64,000 nucleotides of DNA from Marsupella aquatica (lineage: Eukaryota; Plantae; Marchantiophyta). This document shows, one piece after another, positions 41,120 through 54,570 of this stretch. The notes below the pieces were generated by a model that saw nothing but the letters and a program-made list of their open reading frames with translations, was not told the DNA's origin and did not search any database. The stretch spans positions 5,275,925-5,339,924 of the forward strand of contig OZ316896.1 of assembly GCA_973895155.1 (NCBI GenBank). The letters are read 5' to 3'. The number at the start of each line of letters is the position of its first letter. The first letter of the stretch is position 1. Position numbers and translations under genes: made by a program.

Positions 41120-41410
41120 CATCTGGTACAAAGCCTTCCTGTCTCATATCCAGAAGCAGTCGATATGCTTCCACACCTCCACCACTCTCAGCAAATGCTC
41201 TAGTCATAACGTTCCCTGAGATGAAATTTTGGTCATCGCGCCTAGCATATCCTGCACGTTCCAAGTAACAACACTCTTTGTCTAAAGTTTATCAAAAACT
41301 CGCCGTGATGCAGTGATGAACCTGCTTGGCCGCTAAAAGGTCCTTCTATTTCGAGCGCATCTGCAGAACTTTAACATACGTGTCCGGGTTTGTAGGAATT
41401 GCCTCGTTGT
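41120..41410 (-). pseudogene. Fragmented PLS-class PPR gene relic
   Basis: Reads IPTNPDTYVKVLQMRSK*KDLLAAKQVHHCI / RRVFDKL*TKSVVTWN / AGYAR / ISGNVMTRAFAESGGGVEAYRLLLDMRQEGFVPDAF. These are L-, S- and P-type PPR pieces joined by deletions. Confidence 0.8.
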
Positions 41411-42190
41411 AGACTATACTGCAAAACAGAAATTGCTTGACTCGTAGTACCAGCGCTATGCATGCACTCAAAACAGAAAGGCCATTTAGCTTGTGCAGTG
41501 TCTAAACCCTAAACTCTGCAATCTGCCTTGAGCAATCAAATTGAGCCCTGCCTTCATCCCTCCTGGAGTTGATCGGCAATCTATCCAAAGTGCTTTCCTG
41601 AGCAGTTGTGTTGAATTCTCAGTCACCCCTTCATCCCCTCTTCCTCTCTGGCAGGTTCCACTTCTCGAATCTCCAGCACATTGTTCGCTGTTATACTATC
41701 ACTCGCTTTCAAGTCACCTACTCATTCTGAGTTCCACTTTCAAGCGGTCAGTGTTCTGTTGACATAATTCAATCGCACCAACGACCTTACGTGAAGGATT
41801 CCGGTTCTGCTCGATCATTTTTGCAGCTTCCCTCACTTGGCAGCGCCTACGCGAGTTTGACGGGATTGTGCCTCCCGCTGTGCTATACTGCAGCTTGGAA
41901 ACGATGGAAAACTTCAACTTCCAGTCTATCTGGGCTCTACTGCTCAAGCTTCTCGCTTGTATAGCAGCTCAAAAGCCTTCGTTCGAATGCGTTGGGCACT
42001 CCTTCTACCACGCCAGACGTCTGCGGTCCCAACCTCCCAGCAAGTCGGTCCTCTTAAACGCTGCCAAAGCTTCTGCCGAGTCCTCGGATGACAACCTCTA
42101 AGCGGAGCTCCGACTCTCCCAGCAACGCTTGTGCCTCAAGAGATGTGAAAAGACTCTCTATTGAGTACACGCTGAGAACACCATCGCCTT

Positions 42191-42487
42191 AAACCCACTT
42201 CCAGAGCTGCATTCATCTTTCGCATTTCCACGTCCAATGTCTAATCTCTTCATAAATGCTAGACCATTGCGTCTCCCACGCCAAGATCCTTGATCACTTC
42301 TACTGAGAATGGCTTTGGGTCTTGAAACCCACTTCCAGCTCTGCTTCCATCTTTCGCATTTCCACGCACAATGTCTATGCTCTTCATAAATGCTAGACCA
42401 TTGCGTCTCCCACGCCATGATCCTTGATCACTTCTACTGAGAACGCCTTTGGGTCTTGAACCCACTTCCAGCTCTGCTTCCATCTTT
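42191..42487. repeat. 134-bp tandem repeat, about 2.2 copies
   Basis: (a)aacccacttccag... starts at 42191, 42325 and about 42459. Confidence 0.92.
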
Positions 42488-42795
42488 GGCATCCACCACT
42501 GCCACTGGACGCCAAGTGGTTGCAGCCATGTTGTATGTTGTCGTTGGAGCAATGTTATCGTTGTGGTGGTGTCATCATTGATGTGGTTTGGTTGTGGAAG
42601 ACAATTGTCATTTAAATCATTGTTGTGGTTCTTGTAGTCAATTCTCATTTGGGGCCGACAAGTTGTCATTGCGGCCATGTTGTTTGTGCAGACGTGCTGT
42701 TAATTTGGCCGGGTCGTGGCTTTGTTGTGGACAGGTTGTCATTTCGGCCATGTTGTTTGTGCAGAGGTGTTGTTAATTTGGCTGGGTGGTCACTT

Positions 42796-43080
42796 TGTAA
42801 GAAACCGTCGGCTTTGGATGAGAGCACTCCATCTCACACCGGGTCTCACACTACACTAACAAAACATCACGATGGAGAAACTCATGAAAGATCTATAGTT
42901 CATGAGAAACTACATGTGAAAAATGAAAGAGAGAATGTTCTCACTCCAACCTAGAAACCCCAAGGGAGCCAAGATGTGTGAGCCTAAACTAAACATATTT
43001 TATCCTAATGTAATCCAGGGTTAACTAACCCTAATAAGGTCAAACTAACTAAAGTCAGGAACTCAAGTCAATTCCTAACA
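42796..43080. mobile_element. Solo LTR (285 bp)
   Basis: Starts TGTAAGAAA and ends TTCCTAACA (imperfect inverted termini). Flanked by CACTT/CGCTT, a 5-bp TSD with one CpG-type mismatch. It interrupts a local repeat whose uninterrupted form gtcgctttgttgtgg is at 43141. Confidence 0.8.
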
Positions 43081-45046
43081 CGCTTTGTTGTGGACAGGTT
43101 ATCATTGCGGCCATGTTGTTTGTGCAGGAGGAGTTGGATGGTCGCTTTGTTGTGGTTTCACCCATGTGGTTATTAAGGTAGGGTCATCATTTCAGTTGTG
43201 TTGTCCTTGCAGAAATGTTGTTGCAAGTGTGTTTTTCTTCCAAACATATCATCATTTTGGCCAATTATTGTTGTTGTGCTTGTATGTGTTGTTATAAAGT
43301 GAGCCTTTTCTACCATGTATTTCCTGTTGGTTGTGGAATCAGTTGTTGTTGCTAGGCCGAGATGGGAGAAAATCTGGGGAGGGATGCTTAGTTTTCTAAC
43401 CCCTTTTCTCTTTTCCCTCGGCTCCACCCTAAACCCTAAACCCCTCCTCCCAGATTGTTTGCCACCCCCTTGCGCAATGTGTCCTGCCTGACCCATGGGC
43501 AGGCACAGCCTCCCCTTGTGCCTGCCTCCCCTTGCCATAGAATGTGGAAAAGAATTTGAAGGCTGGGAAGAGTTCCTGTCCAAATTGGATTTGTATTGGA
43601 CCAGGGGAGAGTTTTGGCAGCATTTCATTTTAGAGATATCACATAGATCATCCTTGCTGGGTTCTGTGGACTGTTGTATTTGGGTGACACATAAAGTGTG
43701 ATTTACTGGATAAGCAGAGACACATGCTTCCAGGGACCCTCTTGGGCAAAATTTAGTGCTTAAGAGACCTCCAATGTTTTAAAAAGTTCCCCTTGGCAAA
43801 GTGGAGTGCTGCATATATAGACCTCCAATGTTCAAAACCCCCAAGAGACCCCTACTTAGTACAACAGTATACCAGTCACCTTGATTTTGTCTGGTATAAG
43901 AGCCCAAACCATATCTCTTGCTTGTTAGTAGATCTCAGCTATTGATACTTGGCATTATGTGGGCTGTCAAAGTCATAGAAGTTAACAAGAGCGGGGTCCA
44001 ATTAAAACCATGACATATTAGTCAAAATTTCAAAAAACAGTGGCACCTAACTAGATAATTATGATCAAAACTACTCTTCATGCAGTGCCTATGGTCTAGA
44101 GTGAAACCTAGACCATGACTCTTGGGGCGTAACTGAGCTTATGGGCGTGAGTGGAATATTGGGATTGAGGGCAGAGTGAGTTTCTCAAAATGGGTCAGTG
44201 GACTGGAATGTACTCACCTCTATTCATGTTCAAAGAACTGGCATCTAAGTAGATACTGCTAGTCTCCCTTGCAATTTACTAAATCTCAGTTATTGCTTTA
44301 TTGTCAATAGACTGACACTGCCCCGTGTCTGAACAACCAGTGATTAAAACTCATTCATTTTGCAAAAGGTGAGAGAATGGCTTCAAAGTCAAGATGACAC
44401 AGATTCATTCAATGTCACTAAAAATAATTCAAATAGACCCCCAGATTGGCCTCAACCTGATCACTATTAAACTTGAAAATTTTGAAATCTGCAGAAAGCA
44501 ATATCCACATTATTATTCCCAAACCTGCACTATGTTATCCCCAAACCTGCACTTATCCACATTATTATCCCCAAACCTGCACGTGTCCACATTATGCACT
44601 ATGCCATAAGCGCATGTATATCATTTATGCACTTCTTCATATGTGCCTGCTGCACTTTCCAATAGGTGCATCTGAAATCTCTTATGCACTTCCGCATGTC
44701 TTGTCAGGTCATACACATCAGAGTCCTCATACACAAAACCTCCATATATAGTGCATGATTCAACTGCATAAGTGCATGAAACCACCATGTGTAGTGGTCC
44801 ACTGCCCTAATCAACAAGTGCTTCTCCCGTCCTAGTAATTGAAAAATGCATGTGCACTCTTATAAACAGCACTTATGTATTTGTCTTTCTGTGACATATA
44901 GCTGCACTTACAAAAGGTACATATTTTGGTGCATTTACAAAGGGAAATTTGTAATATTAGGGGACTAGACGACCAGGAATGCACTTATGCTCTGTAGCTC
45001 GATCATTCTGCTCTTCCTTCGATTGATTTTGAATGCAGCTCCAAAA

Positions 45047-45420
45047 TTGCATTCATTGCAGAAAATTTTCGTTTCGATTCATTGAGGGCACATCATTGAA
45101 GCTCGATGCCCAAATCTCACCATTGCGTGAGTGCTTTGCTTCTTCTGTGTCACAGGCTCACGTTCTTGAATTGTGCTTGCTGAAGTTGAATTTATTGGCT
45201 TCTTATCGTGTATTTGACATGGAGCTCGATTATTTCGCTCTCTCTTCGATCTATTTGGTCGTTGCTTCGAAATCGCATTCATTGCGAAAACTTTTGTTTC
45301 CATTCATTGAATGGCAGGCCAGGGCACATCGTTGAAGCTCGATGCCCACAACTGACCACCGCGTGAGTGCTTTGCTTCATCTGTGTCGCAGACTCGTGTT
45401 CTTGAATTGTGCTTGCTGAA
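45047..45420. repeat. Diverged direct duplication of about 140 bp
   Basis: gcattcattgc...agggcacatc(a/g)ttgaagctcgatgccca...gttcttgaattgtgcttgctgaa at about 45047-45184 and 45274-45420. Confidence 0.85.
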
Positions 45421-47613
45421 TTTCTGCGCATCGATGATAGTCACGGCCTCTGTTCACCCTTCCAGCGGCACTCTCGTTGAATGATGGCCTCTGTTCTCCT
45501 TTCCAGCGGCACTCTCGTTGAATGATCTTACGGAGTTTTGTTGCTGGTGCGGCAAAATTTGACATGTTCAATTGAAAATTTGTGATGCTGAGGGAAGCCG
45601 GGAACAGGTTTGGCTCCTCTCGATGCAACCGTCCTCGACTCCTCGTTGTTTCGCGTGTTTGCCCCTGTTCTTGGCGAGGCTGCTGGTGGTCGCTGTGTGG
45701 TGCTGCTGGTGCGGTGTGAGTAACGATCGAGCAAGGGCCTACATAACAAGTTTGGCGTTCATTCTTTCCGCAGGCGTGGACGCGCGAGGAGCGAATTGGA
45801 TTCTCTAGACCGTTTGGAACGCGTTCAAACTTCTCCCTCCAGAGTTTCACTTGTCTGGAACTCACGAAGGCGTCGGTGAGTCATCGCGTACCACTCCCGA
45901 CCTGCATTTGAATTTTGGAGGTTCGGTGAATCTTCTTTTCAAGTTGCTTCAGCCTACCAGCCGTGTCCCTTGCTCCAGTGAGTGGCAGTGATCAATTAGG
46001 GAATTCGGTTTCCAGTGTTTTGCTTTTCAAGATCTCCACACTTCAATTTGCTGATTGCTTCAAATAGTGATTCACTTCGAGACGTCACTTCAGAACTTAC
46101 AGGTTAGCAGTGGCGGATGTCCTCCGCGTATCTCTCAGACCAACTTTCTTCAACATTTTTCGTCGGTCTCCAATTCCTCCATGTTTGTGACGTCGTTGTA
46201 CTGTCGTCCCAACTGTGGTCCCCTCCTTTTCTGGGCCCACTTTCATACCCGATTACGCAGGTCTGGATTGTACCAGTTTCCCACCAGACCCAAGTTAAGT
46301 CATTAGTCTAAATCCCAGAGTGTTTATAAATCTCTAAACAGGTATCTGAGGCAGCTTCATCATTTCATTCTATATTCGTTGATTGGACTGCTGGGGACAT
46401 CTGTACTGCTGTCAAAGCAGCTGGATCGACACACTACAGACTTAACGTACAGAGTACAGTGGTTGTGACATATTTCTGCTCCCTCAAGAGCTCATAGCTC
46501 AGGATCATGATCAGTTATTGTCAGGTGAAGATTGGTATGGACTGATCATTGGAGGACCAGCTGCATGCGGACTGTTTACGGTTGGATCGGCATTTGTGCT
46601 GACCAGAGGTTCCGTGGACGAGCGAGCAAGAGGCTTCGCAAGTAGAAAAGAGCAGCAATTTGAATCAAGTCGTCTGCCAATGGTGGTGGCCACACGAGAC
46701 CTGTTGCTCTTCGAGATTTCCTTAGCCAGCTCGCTGCTGCGTGGCCCTGCATTCTAGCTGTATCGACAACGTTGCGACGTACTCAGTGACCAAGGTCTGC
46801 TCGACCCCTCTGTCTAAGCTTGGGCTGCAGCCATCGGGTTCCCTGCGTGAGGTTCGTTTCGAGTGCTGGATTTCTCGTGCATGAAAGTGAGTTCTCGGCT
46901 CTGTCTTGTTGAAATTACTTCGAAATCAATGTTTCTTTGCATGTGATTCATGTGGCCTGCACTTGTTCCAAACCCAAGTCCGTCTACCGTTGGTGACTTT
47001 CGACATGCTACCTCGACAACAGTGCTAGATAACAAGGGTTTAGAGGATAATGTCACCATATCCTCTAAAATGATCTCAATGAAAAAGTAATATTTTCAGT
47101 GGTAAAAGTCGCTGTGTTTGGGGACGAAACGGCCAAATGAATCTTCCAAGCAACAGCTTTTGACGTGCTGTGAGACGCCGGCCGATTGTCTGCATCGCGA
47201 CATAAGCTGCTTGCCGCGCGGTGCAAGTGTATCCTTGGTTCGCTCGCTAGCCAAGGCAACGTTTCTTAATGTCCTCTGAACTCAAGAGAGCGGCTCATGA
47301 AAGCTATCTCACTGCTTGCAACATTGATACATGCATGGCGAGTATAACAGCTCAATTGCATTGGACATAAGGAGTTACGGGTGATCGAAGCTGTGCAAAG
47401 GTGCCATTAGGCCATCTCTCCGTGGCCAATGGTCAGATTTCCTGGAAATGAATCACTCTATGAACTTGTACAGGCATAGGCATACTCATGTTATAGAGAT
47501 GAATAGTACAAGTTCAGTGTTTTCCAGTTTGATTGTGAGTGAGTAAATCATGGCATTTAGATGAACAATATGACCAGGCTAATTAATACCTTTTCGTTTC
47601 AACTCAGTTCTCT

Positions 47614-50600
47614 ATGAAGAACGATTCTGTTGTTGGCGCAACGGCTCCCCTGAAGCGAAATCAGAACGAAGTCACTGCTGCTGGTGCGAACGAGAACGTT
47701 CCTCAGAGCAGAGACAATGGCGCTGGAAATGGGGAACTCTTTAGTACTGCTGACCGTCGCGTGAAGGATGAACATCCAATTGGTAACAGAAAGAAGTCAG
47801 GAGAAGGGCGTTCGACCTCGGAGTCGGTCATGAATGCATACATCTGGAAATTGTCTTTGGCAGCTGGTCTCGGAGGACTCCTCTTCGGCTACGACACAGG
47901 TACGTTTGTGCGGTTTGTGCGCATTTCCATCTCCTGTGCAAATCTTTGATGCAAGGGTACCTTCTTAAGCTTCATTACCCCCGTCTCTGGTCAAAATTTA
48001 CCCGAGTTGAGTATTCGATCTTTCACCATTACTTTACAGTGACCATGTTTCAATCCTGCTCGAACGAATTCCAAACATTCACTTTGGGCCCAGTCGTGAC
48101 CTTATAGATATGGCACCACCCTCGAACGATAGAACAGGATCATTCAGTTGATATTGGATACACTGTCCCAATTATTACGTGGCTGGACGCAGGAGTGATT
48201 TCTGGTGCGCTGCTTTACATTCGAGATGACTTCGATGTCGTGGATAAGAAGACTTCGCTTCAGGTGAGGACTCTACCCAGCGTTCTACCTTTATTATCGG
48301 CCCACATGCATTCAAGATTTTTTCATAATGGAAAATCCTGGTGAAAAGCCACAAATTACAATGCACACAATGCTTGCAATTCCCGCCGACCATAGTTTTC
48401 GTAGCGGCGTCCGGCCTCCGCCAGCTCAAAGGCGGAATGCTTTCAAAACCAATTTTACTAGAGTAAGGCATGGAGGAAATCGGAATTTCGTGTGTAGCGA
48501 TAAAATGCAAAAATATATGCCGATCGAAGAAATAGCCATGTCACCGAGCTGCCCTTAAATCTTGCTTTCTAGCTGTGACATTACAGATAGATGAGTCAAG
48601 CAGATCTGCTAGCTCTGCTCCGACCCTTTATCGATGCCACGGTCGGCGAAAAATAATCTGGAAACCTATCTGGAATCATGCGTAATTAGCGAAGCCAATC
48701 AGATTGGCACTGAGCGATCGACCACTCCAATTGAGCCGGCTCCTGATTTGGGCAGAGTTCGGCTTCGAGACTGTACCCAAACTAGCTTGCTGAGCCAGAT
48801 GCTCAACTACTCCACGCCCAATCGAACTCGGCCCCGATGCCAATTATAGTGCTGCACATGCTATCGCATCATACCTAGCATCAAGTCAGCTGATCAGACT
48901 GTACACACTAAACTGCTGGTCAGGGCTCAAATGCGGGGACTACAGTAGATATTACCAATACTGAACTCATGATAGTACGTTGTCAATGCGAGTGTGGCGA
49001 CTGGGCTTTCGTTCTCTCGTTCACTAAATATGGGGAGATAGATATCATTTCCGGCCCCGGATGAATGGATTCCATGTCTCCGGTACTAACTATTAAAGTT
49101 TCCAGGAAGCAATTGTGAGCACAGCAATTGCCGGTGCGATCGTCGGAGCAGCCGTGGGAGGCAAATTGAGTGATAAATTTGGCCGAAAGCCTGCGATGCT
49201 GGGCGCAGATGTGGTATTCGTAATCGGAGCAATTGTCATGGCAGCAGCACCAAGTCCGGCGATTATTATGGTGGGGCGAGTCTTGGTAGGCCTTGGTATC
49301 GGTGTTGCGTCAATGACAGCGCCCCTTTACATTGCCGAAGCTTCACCCACCAAAGTGCGAGGCGCCCTGGTGACCATGAACGTGCTTATGATTACAAGCG
49401 GTCAATTCGTGGCCTACCTCATCAATCTGGCATTTACAAAGGTAGACTGACTCGAGCCAATGCTAAATAATTCCTGCTGCCCGTACGTCAATTCTTAATC
49501 ATAAGCTGTTATTCCTACACGATCGGAACTGTGCCCTTTGTGATTACCTCATTCATCTTGACGTGTTCGACAACTGAAGTTGAACCTACTAAAGTCCAAC
49601 CACCGAATTACAGTATTATACTCATATGCTCTTGTGATCATATAACTCACTTAGAGCCTACCGTAGCTCTTTCTCAGAGATGTCTTTTCCAGAGACGGCC
49701 AAAGAGCGTCTCCAGTGGGTCCCCCATTTATTCCCCATTGTACAAGACTGTCTTTTTGCTCTCCTATGTAACGGAGTACCTCGTTGGGGCGGCACAATTG
49801 GTGGGTGAGTCGAAATGTTGGTATCACAAACGAGGTTCCAAAGGGACTGGACACTCAAATGCCTAAGTACAACATTTATGGGCGAGCAGGGGTTTTTTCC
49901 TTTTCGATGACGAAAGCTTAGGCAGACCGTTCTTCATAAATTCTTGGGATAATTATACGAAGAAAGCTTTGGGTGTGGTGGGGGCTACGGGAATCCCAGA
50001 TTTGATGCATACAAGTGGATAACAGAATTTGTTCTTGCTAATATAGGCACCTGGGACGTGGCGGTGGATGTTGGGTGTGGCTGCATTACCCGCACTGACA
50101 CAATTCTTTGCCTTGTTGTTCTTGCCCGAGTCTCCTCGATGGCTCTACCGCCAGGTCCGTTGCTGGTCTCAACTCTGCTATTCCATTTCACATCAGATGA
50201 GTCCAAGTTAGCTTTCGTTCCTACTTGCAAGCGCAATCATGGATCTTTCTGCAACCCTTGATTTAAGCATTACTCAATGTTTAAAATGTGGATGCCTACA
50301 AAATTCTGAGAAGACATCACCTGAATATTGTCACGGAAAACTCGAATAGTAATCAGGTGTATCTACTCAAGAAATTGACATTGCACTGTCCAGGGAAAGG
50401 TAGATGCTTCCGAGGCAGTGTTGAGACATATCTACCCCCCTGAAGAATTTGCAGGGGAGGTCCGTCATCTCCAGACATCGGTGGACGAGGAGAAGCGAGA
50501 AGCTATGAACAAACTTCGGTTTCTAGATGTCTTAAGGACAAAGGAAACTAGACTAGCACTTTTGGCCGGGGTTGGCCTTCAGGTGTGGTGGTACTCAATA

Positions 50601-52276
50601 GATAGCAAATGGTGTGCTTCGTTTTTCCGAGCTTACATTAGTCATGACATTTTCCGAATTTTCCATCCTATCATTTCGATCGAGCCGGCGTTCAATCCGT
50701 CTTTAGAAGCTGGGCAGAGGTCCCGTCGCGAGCAAATTAGTCCTGATTTTGTACAGTGGTGGGATTGAAAAGACAATGAATGCCAATTTGACTAGACCTG
50801 TCGACAGTTTTGCGGACAGAGTTACCGAAAGCTGATAGTAGTGGAGGGTTTTCGAATGACAGCGGCTTAATGCAGCGCTCGATGGAATTGGACAGGTGTT
50901 CCAGCAGTTCGTCGGGATCAACACGGTGATGTATTACGCGCCATCGATCGTGGAGCTGGCTGGGTATGCATCGCACCAGACGGCGTTGTTGTTGTCATTG
51001 GTAACAGCCGGAATGAACGCGCTAGGCACAGTCGCGGGCATAGTGTGCATCGATCGCTTCGGCAGAAGACGGCTAGCTATGTGCAGCCTGGTCGGGGTGA
51101 CAGTGGCGCTCGCGTTGTTGACAACAGCGTTCCATCTGAGCAACAGCGATTCACCATCGCTCGAATATGAGCCGAGCTCCTCGATCTACGGTTGCCCTGA
51201 GTATGCCTCATGGCCAAACTCGAGACTTGGTGGCAATTGCGTGCAATGCTTGAAAGCTGCATCGACCTGTGGATTTTGTGCTGCATTGGGAAATCAGGTA
51301 ACTCCTGTAGGATTATCTAGTCTCGATCGTTTCTCTCGGTTTTGGAGCTCTAGTATACCGTTCTGGAAAGATAACAGATGTTCAAATTCATATGCTCAAC
51401 CAAACAAAACTAGGATTATCTTGTCGCGATCTTTTCTCTCTTTTGACGCTCTAGTATTCCATTCTGGAAAGATAACAGATGTTCAAATTCGTATGGTCAA
51501 TCAAACAAAACTAGGATTATCTTGTCTCGATCTTTCCTCTCTGTTTTGGAGCTCTCGTGTTCCATTCTGCAAAGACAACAGATACTCAACTTTGTATGGT
51601 GAATGGATAGCCTCAAACCAAACAATTGACTTGTTTCCAAGTTTCCAATGTCATGTCTCAGGCAACTGCATTTTTTCCAAACACTGTCCAACCCTTTTAA
51701 TCAAATCAAACCTCGGACTAAAGCTAACGGCGAGTCATATTCCGTATGTTCCAGCAACACCCAGGGGTTTGTCTCGTGTCCAACAAGACAGTGGGAAGCT
51801 TTTGCACCGATCAGCACCGCTCATGGTTCACACATGGATGTCCCAGCCATTACGGTTGGTTTGCTCTCTTGGGTTTGGCCCTCTACATTGCAGCTTTCTC
51901 TCCGGGCATGGGTCCAGTCCCTTGGGCAGTGAATTCGGAGATATACCCCCTCAAGTCTCGAGGGGTTTGCGGAGGTATTGCAGCCACAGGCAACTGGGTG
52001 TCGAATCTAATTGTGTCCCAATCGTTCCTCTCCGTGGTGAAAGCGATTGGAACTTCGAACACATTCTTGCTCTTCTGTGGCTTTTCTGTTGCCGGGTTGT
52101 TTTTCGTGTTTCTCTTCGTGCCCGAAACAAAGGGGAAGAGTTTCGCGGAGGTTGAAAGGATGTGGCAGCAACGAGCAGCTGGAGGATGGAGAAATGCTTT
52201 GGGCCCAACCAGAAATGTGGACTGTTTTCCATCTACAGAGCCTGTTTCGCAGAAAGCCTCGAGGCTAGATATGTGA
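47614..52276 (+). CDS. INT: Inositol transporter (MFS sugar porter, INT2/INT4 type), 7 coding exons, about 637 aa
   Basis: Exons 47614-47899, 48193-48263, 49106-49441, 50047-50154, 50394-50582, 50896-51297 and 51755-52276, all GT-AG and phase-compatible. Motifs [54 protein letters not shown] and VPETKG. Cys-rich loop CVQCLK...CGFC...C...WFTHGCP. Confidence 0.96.
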
Positions 52277-52500
52277 ACTAAGATGTCGGACACAGAAAAG
52301 TGCCAGCACTCTAGAATTTTGTAGAGTTTTGCGGAGATTGAAAGGATATGAAAGGATATGGCAGCAACGAGCAGCTGGAGGACGGAGAAATGCTGTGGGC
52401 CCAACCAGAAATGTGGAGTGTTTTCCATCTACAGAGCTTGTTTCGGAGAAAGCCTTGAGGCAAAATATGTGAACTAAGATATTGGACACAGAGAAGTGCC
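52138..52500 (+). repeat. Tandem duplication of the INT coding 3' end, stop codon and proximal 3' UTR
   Basis: About 52138-52303 is repeated, diverged, at about 52325-52500. Confidence 0.92.
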
Positions 52501-53413
52501 TTGAAAGCCTGAAGGAGGCTCATAGAAGAGAGGCTAGACATACTGCTCCGGAGCATGCAATTGTATGTAGGGTCGCCACAACGCAAGAGCTCATCGAACA
52601 GAGGATAGACTTTCTGCTCAAGAGCATGCAATTTATGCAGGGTAGCCATCAGTAGACAACACCCAGGGATCCCACAGGGACCAGACAAGGAGGGAGGGAG
52701 TTAAACCAGGGCCACAAAGCAGGCCAGCCAGGGTCTGAGGAGAAACCAATAGGGAGTGTCAAAGCAAGGCATAAAAATACTGTTCCAACCAGGAGAAAAT
52801 GGCTACAGGCTACCAAAATACATATCCCATAAGGATGATACATCCAAAAAATCCACAGCCATAAGACTTTGCTTATGGGAGTACTTTGACACGCACTAAT
52901 ACTCCCACCGCTACATACCACCCAAACATATCCTCCACACCCCTTGTGTGTGGAGGGGGGATAGAACTTGGACCTCTCTGTTCTGGCTAATTCCCTAGCC
53001 AACTGACCACTTGTCTTCAATAAATGTATATGCCAAACCATTGTCATATACAATGGTGCTAGTGTCAATTTGTAAAGTCAGCAGGGATCCATTAAACCAC
53101 AGCTGCCACTATAAAAGGGGCAAAGTGGCCCTGTTCAGTTGCCTAGGTGAACAGCAAACCTACCGCCTTCCCACTCACATCCCATCATGGGCCCTACCAT
53201 AGTATCCTACAACTGATTTTCTGTGATTTCCTGAAAAGTATGAACTATGTAAAGATGCTGTTTTTTGTCTAACATCACTCTTGGTGAAATCTACATTTTG
53301 AGCTGTAGCCCCATATGGTGAACTAACTAGATGACACTGACACTCAAAATATTCAAAAATATGATATTCTCTTTAGTATACATGATGGTAATATATTTGA
53401 AATGAGTGATATA

Positions 53414-53547
53414 GGTTACTTGGTAAACTGTATATCAAAATATGACATGTGGTGTAGAACATCACTCCATACCATGATAAGGTTACTTGGTAAACTGTAT
53501 ATCAAAATATGACATGTGGTGTAGAACATCACTCCATACCATGATAA
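53414..53547. repeat. 67-bp perfect tandem duplication within degenerate AT-rich repeats
   Basis: ggttacttggtaaactgtatatcaaaatatgacatgtggtgtagaacatcactccataccatgataa x2. Confidence 0.95.
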
Positions 53548-54297
53548 ACTTCGTTATTTTCTTTAAATCAATAAGTGCACAACTTATAATATCACATTTT
53601 GATGTGTCATTACCAGCAGGGTTAGGTGATGACAGTGACTCAAAAATACTCACGAATATGATATGCTCATTTGAATACAATCAAAAATACTCAAGGATAT
53701 GATATGCTCTTTTGTATACATTATTGTTATAGAAGACATGTGTACTATTGAGTTTCTTGATGACACTGACAGTCACTCAAATACACTCAAGAAGGATATG
53801 CTCTCTTAGTCTCTTGTATACATTATTGTACTATATGTGACATGAGTACTATTGGTTACTCGATTACACTGCCACTCAAAACATGATGTGCTCTTTTGCA
53901 TGCATGATTGTACTATATGTGAAATGAGTAGTATTGGTTACTCAAGTACTTTGTATGCATATGGGATCATGTGGATGAACAAGATCGAAGCTGCAGGCTT
54001 TCTTTACTGGTACTAAGGTGGACCAATGTTGAGTGAGAGTCCGCAAGGTCATCCTACTCAAGTACAAATTCCTTGACCTTAATGTAATGAATGATGGGAA
54101 TTGATCAAATGAGTAAACAAAAACTTAAGTTTCTGACTAAGAAAGAGAAGAGCGCTGACACTGCATGCCCATGAAAGATGGGAGGAACAACGCAAACACA
54201 ATGTGCATTCCCCTTGAGAAATCATAACTTCCACTGGTCAAACTTAGTAATATTGTATTGAATTTAGCACGGATCTAAGGTGAGTTGGGCGATGTCT

Positions 54298-54570
54298 CTC
54301 ACTAGAACTACTCAGAATTCAAATAGGGGTTGAATTGCCAGAAGGGTTGTCTTTCACTAGAAACTGCCCAATTCAGATAGGGGTTGAAGCTGCCAGAAGG
54401 GCTTTGCGATGTACTTCACTCTAAGTCACTAAGGACTTTGTCACTCACTTGAACTACTCAGGATTCAAGTAGGAGTTGAGAGTGCCATTGAAAGTGCCAA
54501 GGGCAGATTCAAATAGGGGTTGAAAGTGCCAGAAGGGCATTGGGATGTGCTTCACTCTAAGTCACTAGCA
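54298..54570. repeat. Degenerate repeat array
   Basis: Recurrent attca(a/g)ataggggttgaa...tgccagaaggg and cttcactctaagtcacta. Confidence 0.75.

Noticed and set aside
43427-43444. CCCTAAA repeats as an interstitial telomere
   Set aside because: Only about two units; a common telo-box-like motif.
50896-52155. 419-aa ORF as a stand-alone protein
   Set aside because: It is INT exon 6 reading through a stop-free intron into the wrong frame of exon 7.
51883-52428. 181-aa antisense ORF
   Set aside because: Shadow of INT exon 7 and its duplicate.
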